NCBI GenBank assembly: GCA_964187785.1
Contig: OZ076413.1
Coordinates: 71,424,001 to 71,488,000 of the forward strand
Direction: 5' to 3'
DNA length: 64,000 nucleotides
Source of the DNA: Amphiscolops sp. MND2022
Taxonomy: Eukaryota
In this document: positions 58,126-64,000 of the stretch, in pieces
How the letters are laid out: every line of letters begins with the position of its first letter
Position numbering within the stretch: position 1 is the stretch's first letter
Translations under genes and position numbers: made by a program
Notes under the pieces: model-generated
The model's database searches: none
What the model was told of the DNA's origin: nothing
Seen by the model: the letters and a program-made list of their open reading frames with translations, nothing else

Positions 58126-60639
58126 CTAAACATTTCATTCACATGCACCAAGTAAGATTTTGAGCGATTTTTGCATTTTATGAATCATTTTGTATTTCAT
58201 TACTTTAACTTCTTTTTCTAACCAAAAAAATAATATAAAATAGATCCCTGCGGGGCACTGTATTATTTCGGTTTTTAGGCTTTCATGTTCAATATTAGAA
58301 GCATATCTTAATCATTTATATAACGCACAATTAATTACTGTACCAGTTTACACCGCTTTTAATTCTTCTCGGACTAAAGAAAATATAACTACTGAGCGTA
58401 AACGAAGTTTCGCATTTGCATTTGAATGCAGGCGAAGCTCTCGGCGAACGAATAATTAACACTCATTCGCTTCATCTCAATAACTCGGCATACGAAAGCA
58501 TAATTACCACTCGCTTGGTCCATCGCAGAAACTAATTGTTGTCGGCAGCTTGAGAAATATAAATCTCCCGCTTATACTCACTGCTAAACAAATTATTTCA
58601 GTAATTTTTTCAGTAGGTAAAAACTACACTGAATTTTTCAGTAGGTACTCGATATCACGACAAAAACTTTACTGAAAAAAATTTGAATTCTTGAGATTTC
58701 AATAATATGCTTGCTATCGCAGGAATAATAAAAAAAGCGAAAAATTAATAAAGACTTCAAAAATCAATGTCAATTGAACGTTTGCGATTTCTTAGAAATA
58801 ATCACCTTCTGAATCCTAATCATTCTTCTGAATATAAAAAACAGCATATGGTATACATCAGAGGTACATCAAAACATTCTAGGAAAATATGGCATGTTTG
58901 ATAAATAGAAGGAATTCAGGAGTTGATCATCTTAACCTCGACAATGAATTCGTCCTCAAATGAGGACAACGATTTTTTTGAAATCAATAAAAAATTACAA
59001 AACACAAAAACATATAGGTAAACGAAAAAATGTCTCTCTTATTGACAACTTATTGACTAACTGAGGTGAGTTGTTATTTGTGTCGATATAGTTTTTTCCC
59101 TAGCCACGGCAAAAACGTAACTGGAAAAATGCGAATTTGCAAAAAAATACTTCAAAAAGTTACCTTTACTCAATAACTGAGCAACTGTTTGCTGAGCTGT
59201 TAAAAAGTTGTGTGATGGTTTCTTTTAGAAGAGTTAGAACTGACATAAGAAGTCTAAGATTTTAACAGCAGAGTCGTCTTATCTTTTATCTTGTAGCTAG
59301 CTAGTTCTGAGTACAATCTATTTCTGAGATCTCAGTTCTTGAAGTATGGGAGGAAGACTGATTGCTAGGATGAATTCTCAATTTCTCCGAGTAGATATAT
59401 TCTATTAACTAAGGTAGGTTACATCAATTAACAATGTGACAGCAACAGGATGGAGCAGGGGAGTTTGATACAGGATCTATTAAATGAAGTTTCTTAGTTT
59501 CTAAATTAGATTACATTTACTAATTGGTTTGGTTAAGAGTTCAGAGTATTTCAAATTTATAGAATCTTTGAGGACATGCATCATGGCATCACAATCAACC
59601 GGGAATTTTAAAAATTAAATTACATATATGCAATTTGGGTTTGAGGAGTTCTAGAAGTTTTTGTTATATGCATGGGTTTGTTTCATTTGTGTTGTACTAG
59701 AGTTGCATGAGTTTTGTTTTGTAGAGTACCATACTTAAGGAGTGAGAACAACCTAAGACGATTTGACTTCTTACGTCATAGACGATTCAATTGGTGCAAA
59801 AAGGTTCAAGCAAGGTTCAAGTTCTTTCAGTTTCTTTGACTGACAAGTTCTTTGAAGTTATTGTTGACAACTATTTATCATTTCATGTTTCTTTTTCGTA
59901 TCAGCCATCGGCTTGTTTGAAAAAATTCTTTCATCAACATGAGTTAGTCAGCATTGAAAACTTTTCAAGTTGAAGAATTAAAGCGTGAAGTTGTCAATGA
60001 GTTGTGAACCAACATTGGCGGGTATGTGAACCAAAAGTGAAGAAGTTTCAAAAAGTCAAGGTTCTAGTGAGAGTTCATTTTCAACAAAAGTGAAGAGTAG
60101 AGCAGAAGCAAGAGTTGAAAAAAACTTTGGCTATTTCAAGTTTCAAACATTGGAAAACTAGAAGTGACATTTTTGAAGAGTTCTAAAGAAAATTTGGAAA
60201 ATTTTTGGGAATGCTTTTGGGGATTAAAACAAAGTTGTATAACATGTTTTGTTAAAGAAAAATTTTGTCCAAAAATCTTAGAAAATTTCTTGTACTGTAA
60301 GTAGGACTTGTGTTCTGTAAAAGATGGGTATTGGAGATATATTTTTAAAGTGTATTATAGAAGTATCAACATAATGAGATAAGATTAAGTTATTGTACGA
60401 TACACAATACAATGGAACTAGATATTATTGTGGTTACAAGGATAATTATAGGTAGAAGTTGGGAAGGATTATTTTTAATGGGGGGTAATTATACTACGAT
60501 TAGAGGAGATTAAGATTAAATAAGATTATATAGCACTAGACTGTATTAAAGTTATAATTTGATTAAAATAAGTTACAGGTTATATTGGTTAAAAGTGATT
60601 ATACAGTTCAGTTTGAAATTTGTATTGGCCATTGGAGTA

Positions 60640-60752
60640 TGAAGACCAGTCAAGAAGTCAGCAGTTGAGGTGTGAAGATCAGTGAAGAAGTCAGCAGTTG
60701 AGGTGTGAAGACCAGTCAAGAAGTCAGCATTTGAAGTGTGAAGACCAGTGAC
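60640..60752 (-). repeat. 33-bp tandem repeat (about 3.5 units)
   Basis: gaagaccagtcaagaagtcagcagttgaggtgt units; read on the minus strand as TGLHTSTADFL. Confidence 0.8.
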
Positions 60753-60957
60753 GAGGACAAAGTTTGGCAACGTCGATGAACCCAAAATGGAGATGGATGT
60801 TGTTGACCATCGTGTGTGGGTGGAGTGAAGAGTTTCAGCATGTGTAGGAGTTCTTTGAAGGAGTGAGCGACAGCTACATCTCAAACATCACTGAGGAAGA
60901 ATGACGGATTCAAGAAGAGATGGAGTTGAAGAGTGATGAAGTAAGTAGAATATTGGT

Positions 60958-61410
60958 TTAGTTGTATAGAGGATGTTGTTGAGGTGGGTGTGCCTGATGT
61001 TGGTGAGGATCATAGTGTTCGAGTTTTTGGGTATATCCAAAACTATGAAGCATCTCATTGAATGCATTGGTGGCTTCGTGAAGGGCAGCTTGAAAGTATT
61101 GGTCTTTAGACGTGAACGCCGAGTTTAACACAAAAACGACATTAGAAGCCGTTTCACAAATGGCAATTTTTGGTCCGGCAACATGAAGCCTTGAATATTG
61201 TTCAAATGTAATGTGCTTCTTTTTGATTTGGGTGACATTATATAAGACTTTCAGAAAGGCGATAAGAGATTTTGGCGTTATTTTATTGTTGTTTATTTCC
61301 AGGGAAAGTTTGTAGGCCATTGTGTGGAAAATAGCTGCTTTTAGGCTATGAACTTTAGAATGGCTGGAAGTCATTGTAATTATATCTTGTATTTCAGCGT
61401 TGGGGGCCAT
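60958..61410 (-). CDS. Orphan ORF, 150 aa
   Basis: ATG-initiated open frame in AT-rich context; no recognised domain. Confidence 0.4.
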   Translation of the reverse strand: MAPNAEIQDIITMTSSHSKVHSLKAAIFHTMAYKLSLEINNNKITPKSLIAFLKVLYNVTQIKKKHITFEQYSRLHVAGPKIAICETASNVVFVLNSAFTSKDQYFQAALHEATNAFNEMLHSFGYTQKLEHYDPHQHQAHPPQQHPLYN

Positions 61411-61826
61411 GACGAGAGAGTCCTGTAGAAGACGAAAAAGGAGAAGTAGAGATGTTCTGAAAGAGAATGGAAGGAGGAGGAAGAAGAATGGATGTTTCTA
61501 AAACAAAGGAAGTGTAAGAAGAATGACAATATCGAGTCAAAGATGTACAACAAAATTGGGTGCTAGAATGTATCATATGTAGTTATGTGGTATTCTGTCT
61601 TGTATGTCTTGTATTGTAGTGTTTTTTAAAAAAAATAGTTTTTTGGACATGTACTGTAGGAAAAATTAGTGTACTTGAAAAATAGTCCTGAGATTTCATT
61701 CAAAAGCAAAAATTTACTTTAAAGAAGTAGGTAAAAACGAAAATACCTTGAAGAATATGTCACAGATGTATCATAGAGTGTACCATAGAAGAAAAATTAA
61801 GAACTTTATATTACCTGTAGAAGATT

Positions 61827-63787
61827 TTAATGAAGATTAGTTGAGTTAAAAAGAGTAGTTATAGTTTCCAAAGCAGATTGGATTGCTTGGGATGATTGAG
61901 TGATGCGTTGAGAGTCTAAATCGAGTGTCTGAAGGAGGTTGTGTGTTCTGTCATAACAGTGTAGTATATGTGTGAGTGTTGTGATAGGTGTTTCAGAGGA
62001 GTTTCGTTTATAGGGTTCAAGTAAATTTGTTATGTCGCGAAGTGTTCGGTTGTTTAATACAGAGGAAAGTTTGTCAGGAGCGTTTTTTATAGGTGAAGCG
62101 TGTGATTTATGTTCAGTTTTTTGTTCAGCTTGTACCATGAAAGAGATAGTTTTGGCAGAGATAAAGAGAAGTTCATTGTAGGAATACGTTTGTTTGTAGA
62201 GTGCTGTATAGTATGTTCTATCTTTATCGTCAAGTGGAGAAGAAACGAGGTGTTTAATAACAGTAAGAGGTTTTGCAATTTGAGTAGGAATGTTGCAAGG
62301 CAACAAAAAATCATCGTAATGTATGAGATATTCTTGAGGTACAATAAGTGGACGTGAAGTATTGTTATATGGAAGCAAACAGAAATATTGTTTTATAGGG
62401 TCATAGTTCCGAAGGTAGCCTGTTATACAGGAGTGGTCCAGAGTGTACATATTTGTCATTGTGAACGGTGATGTATATTTGTAATTGACAAAAATGTGAT
62501 TTTGTGGTTTTGTGTATTGTAGAAATTTAGTATATGTCTGATGATGAGTAGCTTTTTGTGCTATAGAGAGAAAGGATGGATCAGATTCATCTGTTTTGAG
62601 ATCGTATATAGAAGGTCGAAGAAAATTGGATTGGAGAGAGAAAATTTTAACTCCATTCTCGAGCCAATATTGGTATGGACCCATTATTTCGGAAGCAATG
62701 GATGTGAAGAAGTCTTGATTTTTGTCATATAAGCGAAATGAATAGTCAGTAGGATGCATATATAGAGAAGTTAGTTGTGCTTTGAAGACGAAATCGTCAG
62801 TAGAAAGAATTGAGATCAAATGATCATCGCGATTCGTGCAAAGTGAAATTTTTGAAGGTATTGAAGGAGGATATATTGGAGATGAAAGAAAGATTGGATC
62901 TTTCATTATTTCATATCGCTTTTTGGGAGGAGGTGGTGTCGATTGTGTATGATCAGTATCATCTTGTGGAGGAGTTGGTTCAAGGAAAGTTGGAGGTGTT
63001 TGTTCTGAAGTCTCAATATAGAGAACAGGAGAATCATTTGAAAGAGGTCTAGTTATTAGATCTGTTGGGGTTGCTTGTTCAAGCTGTGTTTGTAGGTCAA
63101 TTTGTGCTTGTGTCATTGTTTTAAAAACATCAACAATCACAGTGTTATCTATTCCAAGAGGCCTTAGCACTTTAAAGTTAAAGTACTATAAATTACACTA
63201 ACGAGTGGATTTGTCAACTTTAGTTGAAGAGTTTTTGAAGACGGTTATTATGAGAGAAGTATTATTGGGCTGAGGAAGATGAACTTCGGCAAGAGTTTCA
63301 AGTGGTGGAGGAGTAGCAATTGTGAAGAAATAGTAGGCAAGTGTACTGAAAGAGAGTTAGAGAAAAACTGAGAGAGTGTTCAAGAAGGTGGAGGAGGAAA
63401 AGGATAGTTTATCCGCGAATAAATTTTAATTGGCGTATCCGTAGTAGAAGTGACAGGATTGTTAATTAAAGTGTCATGTTGAGTAGTTAGATTGTCATTC
63501 GAGTGAAAGTTTTTATGAGTATAATTAGGAAGTGTAGGATGTTGAACAGGAGAGAAAGGAAGTGGAGTCGTTTTATGGTGAGAATTGTGGTGTCGTTTCG
63601 GAAAGAAGTTAAATTTAGGAAATTGAATTTTGTTAGGTCGTTTAGTATAGAAAGGTGGAGGGGAAGTAACATCTGTAGAATGGTTAATTGAATTTGGAGA
63701 AGTGTCAATAAAATTATCTAAAGATTTGGATTTTAAAAGTGTACTTTTGGGTTTTCTGTTTTGAGTCTCATGGAGGTCACTGACCAT
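61827..63787 (-). pseudogene. Large unassigned ORF remnant (447-aa block plus upstream P/S/T-rich block)
   Basis: Long open frames 61827-63170 (no ATG start) and 63380-63787 on the A/C-rich strand, consistent with a frameshifted retroelement accessory gene. Confidence 0.4.
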
Positions 63788-64000
63788 TCGTGCTGTGAGA
63801 ACATTAAAAAAACCATGTGCTATAGAACTAAGTAAAGTAATATTATTTTTGAGATTATATTTAATAGATATTGTTTTGTACAGTTTTACAAGGAGTGTAA
63901 GAGCAGCTTGTACGAAAAGAAATGTAGAAAAGTATATACCACATTGTGTGAGAATGTAACAAGGGTATCCAAAAAGTGCAATAAAAGCGTCTGAAAACCA

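Noticed and set aside
60430-60600. LTR or PPT boundary for the terminal element
   Set aside because: No TG/CA end with an adjacent correctly oriented purine tract, and no second LTR copy in the window.

Overview
Eukaryotic, AT-rich, transposon-dense genomic DNA, probably from an animal. The repeat style recalls acoel flatworm assemblies, but that is an unverified recollection. No CRISPR array, rRNA or intact tRNA gene was found. The 3' ends of two convergent host genes bracket about 51 kb of transposable elements. On the plus strand are three exons (428-3451) of a sulfotransferase-like protein, with a probable GC-AG intron. On the minus strand are two exons (57874-58125, 54775-54900) of a NEK11-like kinase C-terminus. 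Between them lie: (1) an old minus-strand Ty3/gypsy element (3640-13522) with a TARG1-type macrodomain inside pol, an env-like remnant, a J-domain accessory ORF and a small TM/PPxY upstream ORF; (2) an internally deleted hAT element, a Tc1 element with one premature stop, many MITEs and an abundant Helentron/HINE-like repeat family; (3) a decayed BEL/Pao element (27355-34701); (4) a young, apparently intact 15.7 kb Ty3/gypsy element (35950-51695; TSD TTTCC; 2.1 kb LTRs). Element (4) is the highlight. Between pol and the 3' LTR it carries a predicted five-exon ANTISENSE gene with four phase-1 GT-AG introns (about 1179 aa). Its large last exon looks like a zinc finger plus a catalytically dead hAT-transposase fold. 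The element also has a divergent sense ORF running into U3 and a gag that starts inside the LTR. The last 4.8 kb holds unassigned minus-strand ORFs, probably from another large element.
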